Positions 39,234-47,620 of a DNA stretch of 64,000 bases are shown here, piece by piece. Made by a program: the position numbers and the translations under genes. Origin of the DNA: Dehalococcoidia bacterium (GTDB lineage Bacteria > Chloroflexota > Dehalococcoidia > UBA2979); assembly GCA_003599735.1 (NCBI GenBank), contig QZJI01000071.1, positions 7,778 through 71,777 of the forward strand, in the 5' to 3' direction. The notes under the pieces are model-generated. The model saw only the letters and a list, made by a program, of their open reading frames with translations. It ran no database searches and was not told the DNA's origin. Within the stretch, counting starts at the first letter, position 1; every line of letters begins with the position of its first letter.

Positions 39234-40439
39234 TCAACGCTCCACCAGCAGCCGGCCGGGGCGACCATCGGGCACTGCCGCCGCGCTCCGCGACTCGTCG
39301 CCGGCGTCGCCCAGCACCGCAGCAGCAGTGCGCAGGTCGTGCGCCGCCTTCCCACCCGTGTCCGAGAGCGGCGTCTGTCCGGCAATCGCGCGCCGGGCCG
39401 CCTTGCGGTCCTCGCGCACGACCCCGAGGACCGGCACGCCCAGGGCGCGCGCCACCTCGTCGGGGCCGTAGTGCTCCCGGCCCTCCTGCCGGTTCACGAG
39501 CAGGTGCATCCGCGCGTTCGGCGCTAACCGGCGCAGTGCCGGCAGGCCGGTACGCGCGTTCCAGATCGAGACCAGGTCGGCGGCCGTCACGATGACGACC
39601 GTGTGCGCCGTACGAAGCGCCGCCGGTTCGGCGGGTAGGCCGAGGTCGACGACCACGCGATCGACGCGCGTGCGTAGTGTGGCGATCACGGCTCCGAGGT
39701 AATCGGCAGGCAGCGTCGCCGCGAGTTCGGCCCGTTCCACGCCCGCCAGAACGGTGCAGTGTGGGCCTGCCTGGAGTTCCTCCGCGAGCCGCTCTTGCAG
39801 TGGCCCGGACGACGCCGCGAGGCCGACGATGCCGCGTCGGGGGTCGAGATCCAGATACGCGGCGACGTTTCCGCCGCGCAGGTCACCGTCGACGAGTGCG
39901 ACGGTGGCGCCCCGGCGTCCAAGCTCGGCGGCGAGCGCGAGCGCGACGGTCGTCTTGCCCGGAGCGCCCTTCCCGCTCGCAACGGCGATCACCTCGCCGT
40001 GTGGATCGGTGGCCGGCGCCTCCTCGCCGGATGTCACCGGCGGCGGCTCGCTGGGTCCCCCGACCGCATCGGCACCGCGCGCCGCAGCCGCGCGCAGTGC
40101 GGCAACGACGCTCGTGACCGGCGAGCGGGCAGGGAGCGTCTGCGCGACGTGTTGAAACCGACCGGTGTCGGCCTCGTCGCGGGCCAGCACGACGACCGGG
40201 ACCGCGCGCTCGCGCAGGGCGATGAGCGTCGCCTCGGTCAGCCGGTGCAGATCGGCGGCCACAAGCGCCACGTCGATATCGGACGCGGCCGCAGCCTCGA
40301 CGAGACCGGCGGCGTCCAGCGTGCGCCGTGCCACCACCAAGCCTAGTGCGGGAAAGTCGTGGACGAATTGCTGTTCGACGGTACGGTCGCCGATGGCGAG
40401 CAGTACGCGGAGCGGCGTCTCGGACGTGGCGGCGGTCAT
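39234..40439 (-). CDS. tadZ: TadZ/CpaE (receiver-like domain + ParA/MinD ATPase)
   Basis: IAVASGKGAPGKTTVALALAAEL deviant Walker A. N-terminal pseudo-receiver. Confidence 0.8.
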   Translation of the reverse strand: MTAATSETPLRVLLAIGDRTVEQQFVHDFPALGLVVARRTLDAAGLVEAAAASDIDVALVAADLHRLTEATLIALRERAVPVVVLARDEADTGRFQHVAQTLPARSPVTSVVAALRAAAARGADAVGGPSEPPPVTSGEEAPATDPHGEVIAVASGKGAPGKTTVALALAAELGRRGATVALVDGDLRGGNVAAYLDLDPRRGIVGLAASSGPLQERLAEELQAGPHCTVLAGVERAELAATLPADYLGAVIATLRTRVDRVVVDLGLPAEPAALRTAHTVVIVTAADLVSIWNARTGLPALRRLAPNARMHLLVNRQEGREHYGPDEVARALGVPVLGVVREDRKAARRAIAGQTPLSDTGGKAAHDLRTAAAVLGDAGDESRSAAAVPDGRPGRLLVER

Positions 40440-41113
40440 TGCTGCGGCTCCCGCGCGACGAGTACGAGCGTGAGGCGACCGTTGACGAGCGCGTGCGTCA
40501 CGCGCTCGGCCTGATCGCGCGGGATGATCAGCGTCACGTTCGTGATCCGGCCCGTCGCGTTCGCGTCGCTCCCGCCGAGCGAGACACGCGATGCCTCGAG
40601 CGCGACGTCGTAGACCGTCGCGCGGTCGAGCAGCGGGGTCGTCAGGCTCTGCGGCCGTCCCTGTTCCGAGGTCGCGAAGACGCCAACGTGGTCGCCGCGG
40701 CGCAGCCCGGGGAAGACCGCGTTCGCCTCGACGGGGACGGTGATCGCCACCTCATCGGCCGCGACGATCGGCCCCGTACCCACTGCGGGACGCACAATCA
40801 TCGCGCCGGCAGGAATCGGGGCGACCGTCGTCTGCCCGATGATCGCCGCGCGTCCACTCTCGCCGATCGCAAGTCCCGCAAGCGGTCCCTCGAGGCGCGC
40901 CTCCGCGAGCGCGATATCGTCCGCGGCGATGACGTGCCCGGACGGGATCGCGCGGGCGGCGACGAGGACGGGCGACGTGACGCGCATCTGGCTCCAGAGC
41001 GACAGCCCGCCGACCAGCGCAACGACGACCAGGACCACACCGAGTAGGAGGCGCGCGTCAGCATGGGGGCACGCGACCGTCCGCAACCGTCGTCCCGCCG
41101 TGCTGAATGCCAT
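40436..41113 (-). CDS. cpaB: CpaB/RcpC-like Flp pilus assembly protein (SAF domain)
   Basis: N-terminal TM then SAF-like domain. 4-nt overlap with tadZ. Start taken at MAFSTAG. Confidence 0.65.
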   Translation of the reverse strand: MAFSTAGRRLRTVACPHADARLLLGVVLVVVALVGGLSLWSQMRVTSPVLVAARAIPSGHVIAADDIALAEARLEGPLAGLAIGESGRAAIIGQTTVAPIPAGAMIVRPAVGTGPIVAADEVAITVPVEANAVFPGLRRGDHVGVFATSEQGRPQSLTTPLLDRATVYDVALEASRVSLGGSDANATGRITNVTLIIPRDQAERVTHALVNGRLTLVLVAREPQQ

Positions 41114-41126
41114 CGTTCGCTCTCCG

Positions 41127-41396
41127 TCAGTGTTCTGGTTCGTCGCCCGGTTCCGGCTCGCGGGGACTCCGCGATAGGCGGGACCGTTCACCGGCATCCC
41201 AGCGTCGCGTCAGCCCGGTCAGCCAGAGCCGCAGAAAGGCCGCGGCGCCGTCCGCGTCGGCGAACACCTGTTCCGCATCCGGCTCGTCGACATTCGCGTT
41301 GGGACGCCGAATGACGACACGCAGCGGTTTCGTGTGGTCGGACTCGATCCGTGCGCGGACGAGCACCCAATCCACGAGCGACGGCCGATGTGTCAT
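41127..41396 (-). CDS. hypothetical small protein, first gene of the tad operon
   Basis: 89 aa ORF ending 14 nt before cpaB. No recognisable domain. Confidence 0.35.
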   Translation of the reverse strand: MTHRPSLVDWVLVRARIESDHTKPLRVVIRRPNANVDEPDAEQVFADADGAAAFLRLWLTGLTRRWDAGERSRLSRSPREPEPGDEPEH

Positions 41397-41432
41397 GCCG
41401 CGGAATCTGCGGGCGAGGTGTTGGATGCACCG

Positions 41433-41447
41433 TGACGGATTCCGTCA
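41433..41447. promoter_or_regulatory. perfect 15-nt palindrome TGACGGATTCCGTCA in the divergent tad-operon / SARP promoter region
   Basis: Lies in the 294-nt intergenic region between the minus-strand tad operon and the plus-strand SARP regulator. Confidence 0.4.
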
Positions 41448-41690
41448 GAAACGTGCCTTGGGTGTGGGGGAATTAGTCGACGGGACCGGGGATGCGCGTA
41501 GAAAAGCGCTTCGCGCAGATTCACATCCGCAGCGGGCGTGTTGCGCGGGATGCAACGGAAACTGCAACACCCAATTTCTGCGATTCCCTGGATCGATGCG
41601 GCATACTTTTCTCAGGGCGGCACCGAGCGTAATGAGACAGGCCGTGGTGACCGCGACCCGGTAGGCAGCACGGCCGGATAAGGATCTGGT

Positions 41691-42458
41691 GTGGGCAACG
41701 AAGCCCCCTCCAGGAATCCCGCCGGACCCCGGACCCGACGCGCGGGTGCTCACCCGACCGCGGTACGTGTCACGTTGCTTGGGCGCTTTGCAGTCTGCGT
41801 GGACGGCGTCGACGTTCACCTGCCGCCGGCCGCACCGCGCCTCGTGGCGCTCGCTGCGTTGCACCACGCACCTATCAGCCGCCCACGGCTCGCCGAACTG
41901 CTCTGGCCTCACCTCGAAGGCCCCGTGGGAATCGCGAGCCTGCGTTCGACGCTCTCACGCCTCCGAGCCGCGCAATCACATCTGCTCGCTCCAGGTCCAG
42001 GCGACATCGCGATCGGGCTCGACGTGACCGTCGATGTCTGGGAGCGAGAAGCACTCGCTGCGCGCGTCAGCAACGACCGCGAGGCTGCCGTTCACGAGAC
42101 GTTCGCCGAGCATCCGTTCGTCGAGCTGCTGCCCGGATGGCACGACGAGTGGGTCATGTTCGAGCGCGACCGGCTGCGCGAGATCACCATCCACGCGATC
42201 GAGGCGCAGGCTACGGCGCTGGCGGAGATCCGCTCCTTCGCGCGCGCGATCCCGACTATCTACGCAGCAATGCGCCTCGATCCGCTACGCGAAAGTGCTG
42301 TGCGGACGTTGATCGAGATCCATCTCGCGGAAGGGAACCGCGCGCAGGCTGCTCGCTGTTATCTGACGTTCCGAGATCGGCTCAGGGCGACGCTGCAGAT
42401 CGAGCCTTCTGATGAACTCGGGGGGCTGATTCTCCCGCTCTTGCAGAGAGTCCGCTGA
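41691..42458 (+). CDS. SARP family transcriptional regulator (OmpR-type wHTH + BTAD)
   Basis: RVTLLGRFAVCVDGVDVHL...BTAD helices (AIPTIYAAMRLDPLRESAVRTLIEIHLAEGNRAQA). Confidence 0.75.
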   Translation: MGNEAPSRNPAGPRTRRAGAHPTAVRVTLLGRFAVCVDGVDVHLPPAAPRLVALAALHHAPISRPRLAELLWPHLEGPVGIASLRSTLSRLRAAQSHLLAPGPGDIAIGLDVTVDVWEREALAARVSNDREAAVHETFAEHPFVELLPGWHDEWVMFERDRLREITIHAIEAQATALAEIRSFARAIPTIYAAMRLDPLRESAVRTLIEIHLAEGNRAQAARCYLTFRDRLRATLQIEPSDELGGLILPLLQRVR

Positions 42459-42633
42459 GCCGTCAACCGTTCGCGTCCCGACATCCCCTCATTCGCCAGC
42501 CCCACTGTCGTCCCTATTCGCCCCGATCGCAGTTCGCTTCTGGGCGGAGGGCATGCAACCGCTAGCGGGATGCGCCGCTTCTCCACGCAAAGGTGTGCGA
42601 GAATCGGAAACGCATGTGATTGGAGGCGCGTCG

Positions 42634-42834
42634 ATGTTCACGAAGCTGCTTGTCGAAGCTGGTGGCGGCCTAGTCATTGGAATGGTTCTTGGAGCCGCGT
42701 TCGATCGAGTGGCGCTCGGTATGGTCCTCGGCCTCGCGGCGGGACTACTCCTTGAGGCCATTCTAATGTTCGCTCGCTCCCGCTTAGGCCGATCGCCTAG
42801 CGGAAGTCCGGATCAATCCCGAACTCGTGCGTAG
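42634..42834 (+). CDS. small two-TM membrane protein
   Basis: MFTKLLVEAGGGLVIGMVLGAAFDRVALGMVLGLAAGLLLEAILMF. GGAGG RBS. Confidence 0.4.
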   Translation: MFTKLLVEAGGGLVIGMVLGAAFDRVALGMVLGLAAGLLLEAILMFARSRLGRSPSGSPDQSRTRA

Positions 42835-42927
42835 CGCGGCATCAGCCGCGCGGCAGTTGATCTCGTACAGTTCTGTACGCGTGTGCCAACGGCCCATACC
42901 GGTTCCCTCCGGGCTAGTTCGAGACCA

Positions 42928-43809
42928 TCAGCGGGAACCCTCACTCAACCGCGTGGTGTACTCCGTCATGACGTAGTGGACGAAGTCCTTGCCGAGCGCG
43001 GTCAGGACGTAGGGCTCCTTGTCCTCGAACGACGTCTCGACCGTCCGGCGGGTGCCCGCCGGGACAGCATTCGAGCGCGGCGCGCGCGGCTTCTCGAGGA
43101 AGGCTCCGTCCGGCGTGGTGTCTCGGTGCTGCCGGACCACGCGGCCGGTGTTGAGGTCATAGATCAGGAGCCGGAACAGATCCGCCTCCGCTGAGTCCTC
43201 GCGGGGAATCGCACCGTGGATGCCAAGCCAGATCGCCTTCCGTGTGATTCCGGAGGGATGGTCGTACACCTGCTTGATCACGGAGAAGTGCGCCTCGTTG
43301 TAGGTGTCGATCCACTCGATGAACAACCGCACGATGTCGTCCGAGGTGACCGTCGCGCCAGCGCCGGCGTTCATCAGCAGGTTCGCGAAGTACCGCTGCT
43401 TCTCGTCCGTCTCGGCTCGATCCCAGGCACGGAACGCTTTGCGGACGATCTGTAGGTACTCCTCGCTCTCGACGCGTGCGTGGACCTCGTCGCCGAGCGC
43501 GTCGAACCGCGTCCCCATCTCATCGAGGAGCGCCCGCAACCGCCGGAACTTCTCAGAGAACTGCTCCAGCCAGAGCGTCTGGAGCCGGTCGGTGCGGGCC
43601 CCGTCGGCAGCGTCCCGGGTGGCGGCCCCAGCGGCGACGAACACGCCCACCCACGGCAGGCTCTCGAGCGCCGCCAGCACGAACTTCTCGCCAAAGCGGC
43701 GTCCGGCCGAGCTACGCACATCGGCGAGCTCCGTTCGGAAGAACGCTTCCGCTGCCGCTTCCTGTGCATCCTGGTCGCCGACGCGTAAGACGTCCCGCTC
43801 GTCCCTCAT
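42928..43809 (-). CDS. hypothetical protein (unknown function, divergent from AbiEi-like gene)
   Basis: 294 aa from ATG 43809. No recognisable motif. Confidence 0.5.
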   Translation of the reverse strand: MRDERDVLRVGDQDAQEAAAEAFFRTELADVRSSAGRRFGEKFVLAALESLPWVGVFVAAGAATRDAADGARTDRLQTLWLEQFSEKFRRLRALLDEMGTRFDALGDEVHARVESEEYLQIVRKAFRAWDRAETDEKQRYFANLLMNAGAGATVTSDDIVRLFIEWIDTYNEAHFSVIKQVYDHPSGITRKAIWLGIHGAIPREDSAEADLFRLLIYDLNTGRVVRQHRDTTPDGAFLEKPRAPRSNAVPAGTRRTVETSFEDKEPYVLTALGKDFVHYVMTEYTTRLSEGSR

Positions 43810-43874
43810 GCCCTGAGTCCTTCTACGGTCTCGTGCCCGCCTCCAACAGGCCCCTCGGCCTCCCGCAGTCAGTG

Positions 43875-43896
43875 TATCGGAACATGTGTTCCGATA
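43875..43896. promoter_or_regulatory. perfect 22-bp palindrome TATCGGAACATGTGTTCCGATA between divergent genes
   Basis: 10-bp arms with a TG spacer, 44 nt upstream of the AbiEi-like gene. Confidence 0.5.
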
Positions 43897-43939
43897 AGGT
43901 GCGACCCTGATCGTATGATTTCTCCGGGAGAGTTCATAC

Positions 43940-44521
43940 ATGGTCACCGAACAGCCGCTTGAATCGGGCCGCGTCTACCGGACGCGCGACCTCGTGCGTT
44001 GGAGCTCGAACCCGACGCGCTTTGCCCGGCGTCTGGTCGAAGCGGGCCAGCTCCAACCGCTGGCGCACGGCCTGTTCGCGGCCCCAAAGCGAAGCCGCTT
44101 CGGGCCAGTGCCCCCGACCGACGAGGAGGTCATGCGCGCCTTCCTCGACGGGACGCCGTTCGTGCTGACCGGCCCCGAGCGCTGGAATGCGCTCGGCCTC
44201 GGAACGTCGGCAACCTTCGCGACGCAGCTCGTCTACAACACCAAGCGGTCCGGAGAGTTCACGCTCGGCCGACGCCGCTTCTTGCTGCGCCGGGTGGCAT
44301 TCCCGAGGAACCCTTCCCCCGAGTGGTTCGTGGTCGACCTCTTCCAGCACGCCGAGCAGGCCGCCGCCGACCGGAACGACCTCACGGCGGTCCTCACGCA
44401 GGCAGTGCGTCAACGCCGGCTCGACCCCGACCGGCTGCACGCCATGGCTGAGGAGTACGGCACGAAAGACACGCAGGCACGCGTGGCCGCAGCCCTCCAT
44501 GCCTCGACCGGAGCGGCATAG
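43940..44521 (+). CDS. AbiEi-like antitoxin/transcriptional regulator domain protein (tentative)
   Basis: N-terminal segment RVYRTRDLVRW...FARRLVEAGQLQPLAHGLF resembles the AbiEi N-terminal wHTH. No AbiEii nucleotidyltransferase is adjacent. Confidence 0.4.
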   Translation: MVTEQPLESGRVYRTRDLVRWSSNPTRFARRLVEAGQLQPLAHGLFAAPKRSRFGPVPPTDEEVMRAFLDGTPFVLTGPERWNALGLGTSATFATQLVYNTKRSGEFTLGRRRFLLRRVAFPRNPSPEWFVVDLFQHAEQAAADRNDLTAVLTQAVRQRRLDPDRLHAMAEEYGTKDTQARVAAALHASTGAA

Positions 44522-44529
44522 GTAGCGCG

Positions 44530-45406
44530 CGCAGAGGGCGCCGAGCGGCGGTTCGACCGACCGAGTGTGGTCATGCCGTGACAAGCGCGGGATGAGGGTG
44601 GGGCGTCCTGGGGCACGCTCCTCGATCGGCCCGCTGCTCGGGGCGGTCGGATCGAGCTGATGCAGCGTGCGGGTGCCGTCGTCGCGACCGACCGGCCGCA
44701 CGTCGTCATGCACTGAACGGCTCGATGACCAGGCCGTGTGCGTACCGCTACATCAATAATCCGAGGCCAAGTTGCGACTTAGTTCCGCCGCGTGAGCGCT
44801 GCGACCCTCGCGAGCCCAACTACCGCCGGGCGCTCGTCGACCCCCGTGCATGACTTGAGCGCCTGCGTCCCTCTGAGGGACAGATGCCCCGCCGACTGCC
44901 CGGCTCGCCGCAACTTCGGATGACGCGCGGTATTTCGGACGGCCTTGAGACGCAGCGCTTCAGTCGCAGTCGCTGTTGGGGCGTTCCTGTGATGGTCGTT
45001 TCGTAGCCTTCGCCGGTACGAAGTGCGTTCAGCCGGCATCGCCAGCTCCCAGGAGCGAGAAAGCCGGTTCGGGAAGGACTCCCCGAGACACGGACGACGG
45101 ATCACCCTCTCAGGAAACGAGCTCCGCTCTCCGAATGACGGGTCGAAGAGTCAGCGATAAAGCAGCGATTAGGACGGAGGATCGAAGAGAACGCACAAAT
45201 CCGCGAGAAGCATCAACAACAAGATCGGACGAAGGGAGCGGTCAGAGCACAAGCACAACCTGTGGCTCGCCCCGACCAACAAGCCAGCCCCAAACCGTGT
45301 CCACATCGCGTCTGTCGCGACGTGATGCGCAGACACGGTCGAGGAATCTCGTACCCCGACGGACATCGTCCCCGGGGTAATTCCGTCTCCCGAAAGGAGC
45401 AGCAAT
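44530..45406. other. ~870-bp noncoding, locally AC-rich region between the T4SS/Tad block and the leading region (candidate oriT / ssDNA promoter region)
   Basis: No credible ORF. Contains direct repeat copy B, several short inverted repeats and CA-rich tracts (caacaacaag, cacaagcacaacc). Confidence 0.35.
44771..44784. repeat. 14-nt direct repeat copy B (GTTGCGACTTAGTT)
   Basis: Identical to 29163-29176. Confidence 0.5.
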
Positions 45407-45529
45407 CGTGACGTTCAACCGGCCACGCCGTCCACAGAGCGGTCATCACGCGCGCGCAGCACGTCTCGCGGTCCTCGCGACCGTTCTGATGTCGCTCGCC
45501 GTGGTGGCAATGAAGGCAATGCCCGCGTA
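45407..45529 (+). CDS. small hydrophobic peptide (GTG start)
   Basis: GAAAGGAG RBS 7 nt before GTG. 40 aa: VTFNRPRRPQSGHHARAARLAVLATVLMSLAVVAMKAMPA. Confidence 0.3.
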
Positions 45530-45573
45530 GTCCCGCGCCGATGCGCGGGTTGGAAGGAAAGGAAGGCAGATCG

Positions 45574-46185
45574 ATGGAAACACGGAAGCGAAAGCGACGG
45601 TCGAGCTTCGTCGCGCGCGTCCGGGAGGCGCTGATCTGTGGCGCACGGTGGTGCCGTGCTCGCGGCATCGCCGCCTGGCATGTCGTCGTCGGACGCTGCC
45701 GGCCCTGGTCGCCGGCTGTGCTCGTTGACGCGAAGCGGGCTCGGGCACGCCGCTTGCGGCGGGCAATCGCGCGGGCGACGCGGACGCAGTTCCGCGCGCT
45801 CGGCGTGGCTCCGCCCGCGCACCTGCTGGTGATCGTGCAACGGACGGTCCACGAGGACCGGCCGCTCTCGGCACTGTTGCAGGTATTCGAGGACGGCGAC
45901 GGCCAGCATCGCCACGTCTTGTTCATTGCTCTGGCGGTGAATGGCGAGCCCGTGAGTGATGGCGAAGTCGTCGCGACGCTGCGCCAGCAGTTGTACCGCG
46001 TCGCCGGGGACGGCCTCGGCACGCTGACGCTCACAGTGCCGGTCGGCTCGTCGCGGGCGCGCCCGGCCACGGTGACGCCGATCCGGTCAATGGAGGCACC
46101 GCCCGATGAGGACGCTCCGCCGCCGGACGACGCCGACTGGCAACCCATCGACGACGGGGCCTATCCCGTCGCGGCTGAAAGGTAG
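45574..46185 (+). CDS. hypothetical protein (leading region)
   Basis: GGAAGGAAAGGAAGG RBS before METRKRKRRSS. Basic N-terminus. No known domain. Confidence 0.5.
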   Translation: METRKRKRRSSFVARVREALICGARWCRARGIAAWHVVVGRCRPWSPAVLVDAKRARARRLRRAIARATRTQFRALGVAPPAHLLVIVQRTVHEDRPLSALLQVFEDGDGQHRHVLFIALAVNGEPVSDGEVVATLRQQLYRVAGDGLGTLTLTVPVGSSRARPATVTPIRSMEAPPDEDAPPPDDADWQPIDDGAYPVAAER

Positions 46186-46193
46186 GAAGGCAG

Positions 46194-47168
46194 ATGACAC
46201 AGGCAGTGGTGCTCACCAGTCTTGGTGAGCTTGAAGCACATCGCGATCGGTTCCCCGTCGACACGTCACGGGCGCTCGTACCGGTCGCGATCGAGCCGAC
46301 GTCGGAGGAGCGCATCGGCTGGCTCGCCGAGGCGGCGGAACGCGCGCTCGACGAGTTGCGGGTCCTCGACGCCGCCGAGCGCGAGCAACGGCAGACGCTC
46401 GAAGGCCGGGTGGCCCGGGCACGGCGACTACGCGAGGACGCCGCACGCCTCGAGGCGGTCGCGGGGCAGTTGCACGAGGTCACCGTGCGCGCCGGTACGC
46501 TCGCCGGTTCGGTGCTCGACGAGCGTGCGCGGCTGCGTGCCGGCGCGCTCGTGCCGACCTGCGGCGAACTGGCGACCGAAGCGGAGGTCCGTCACGGCCG
46601 GCTGCTCGCCGAGGCGGAGCAGATTGAAGCGGAGCCCGCAGTCGCGCGGCTACTCGAACAGGAACGGCAACAGGAGATGGAGCGGACGGTGCAGGAGACC
46701 CTGCGCCGCGTGGAGGAGCTGATGGATCACCAAGAATATGGAGAGGCCCGGTCGCTGCTCACCCTCTTGGCAGATGAGAGCAGTGCGCCGGACCTCAGCG
46801 GTACGTTCGAAACGCTACGACTGCGGGAGCAGGCCGTCAAGACGCGGGTGGCAGAGGACGCCCTCCGCGCCGCGCGGCGCTGCTACCGGCGGATGCCCGC
46901 CCAGGCGATCGACCTGCTCGAGCCGCTCGACCTCGACGGCGTGGTCGAGGAGATCGCGCGGCACGTCTACGGCTGCTGGCTTCAGGCCTGCCGCCGCCTC
47001 GGACTGCTGGCCGCGATCCACTACACGCCCGCGTTCGCGAAGGGCGCCGTGCTGATGCCCGCCGAGGATGGCCGCTGGGAGGTCGTCTCGGCGCTCGGGC
47101 TCAGTCGCTGGGAGCGGGGCCGGCGCTTCGCGCCCGGCGCGCTGCGAGGCGCCCGCCCGCTCGCCTGA
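46194..47168 (+). CDS. hypothetical coiled-coil protein (leading region)
   Basis: 324 aa. AGGAAGG RBS. Long predicted coiled coil (RLREDAARLEAVAGQLHEV...). Confidence 0.5.
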   Translation: MTQAVVLTSLGELEAHRDRFPVDTSRALVPVAIEPTSEERIGWLAEAAERALDELRVLDAAEREQRQTLEGRVARARRLREDAARLEAVAGQLHEVTVRAGTLAGSVLDERARLRAGALVPTCGELATEAEVRHGRLLAEAEQIEAEPAVARLLEQERQQEMERTVQETLRRVEELMDHQEYGEARSLLTLLADESSAPDLSGTFETLRLREQAVKTRVAEDALRAARRCYRRMPAQAIDLLEPLDLDGVVEEIARHVYGCWLQACRRLGLLAAIHYTPAFAKGAVLMPAEDGRWEVVSALGLSRWERGRRFAPGALRGARPLA

Positions 47169-47286
47169 TCCATCCAGGTCCACGCATCTCCTCCTTTCGG
47201 GGCCGCCTTCGGGCGGCCCCGATTTCGTGCTGCCCGATCACGGGAGGCACGCACACGTCCGGAACCAGCAGCAAGGAGGAAGAACC

Positions 47287-47619
47287 GTGGACATCGTCAT
47301 CGCAAGGAGACCGATCGTGAACGAAGACAGCCGTTACCGGCGCGCGGTGCGCGCCGTGTGGGAGCGCGGCTACCTCGCCTGGGAGCACTGGTGTGTCACG
47401 AAGCGCGAGCTCGCACAGCCTGCGTTGCTCGCACTCGTCGAGTGGCTGACCACAGTCGGCGACGAGGCGGAGCTCGTCGAGCGCTATATGGAGGTGGGCG
47501 ACGCACCAGGCAGGGTGCTGCGTCCGCTGCTGCCGCCGTGGTTCGACGACGAGGACGTGCTAGTCCTCGAAGACGCGGCGTGCTGCATGCGCATGTACGC
47601 GCTGCGCGGCGAGCACTGA
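47287..47619 (+). CDS. hypothetical protein (leading region)
   Basis: AGGAGG RBS 6 nt before GTG 47287. 110 aa. Confidence 0.45.
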   Translation: MDIVIARRPIVNEDSRYRRAVRAVWERGYLAWEHWCVTKRELAQPALLALVEWLTTVGDEAELVERYMEVGDAPGRVLRPLLPPWFDDEDVLVLEDAACCMRMYALRGEH

Positions 47620-47620
47620 C

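Noticed and set aside
29163-44784. Interpreting the 14-nt direct repeats as a target-site duplication of a transposon
   Set aside because: No transposase or integrase and no terminal inverted repeats are inside the bracketed block. The repeats are reported as a finding with an alternative explanation (recombination or att remnant, or regulatory motif) rather than called a transposon.
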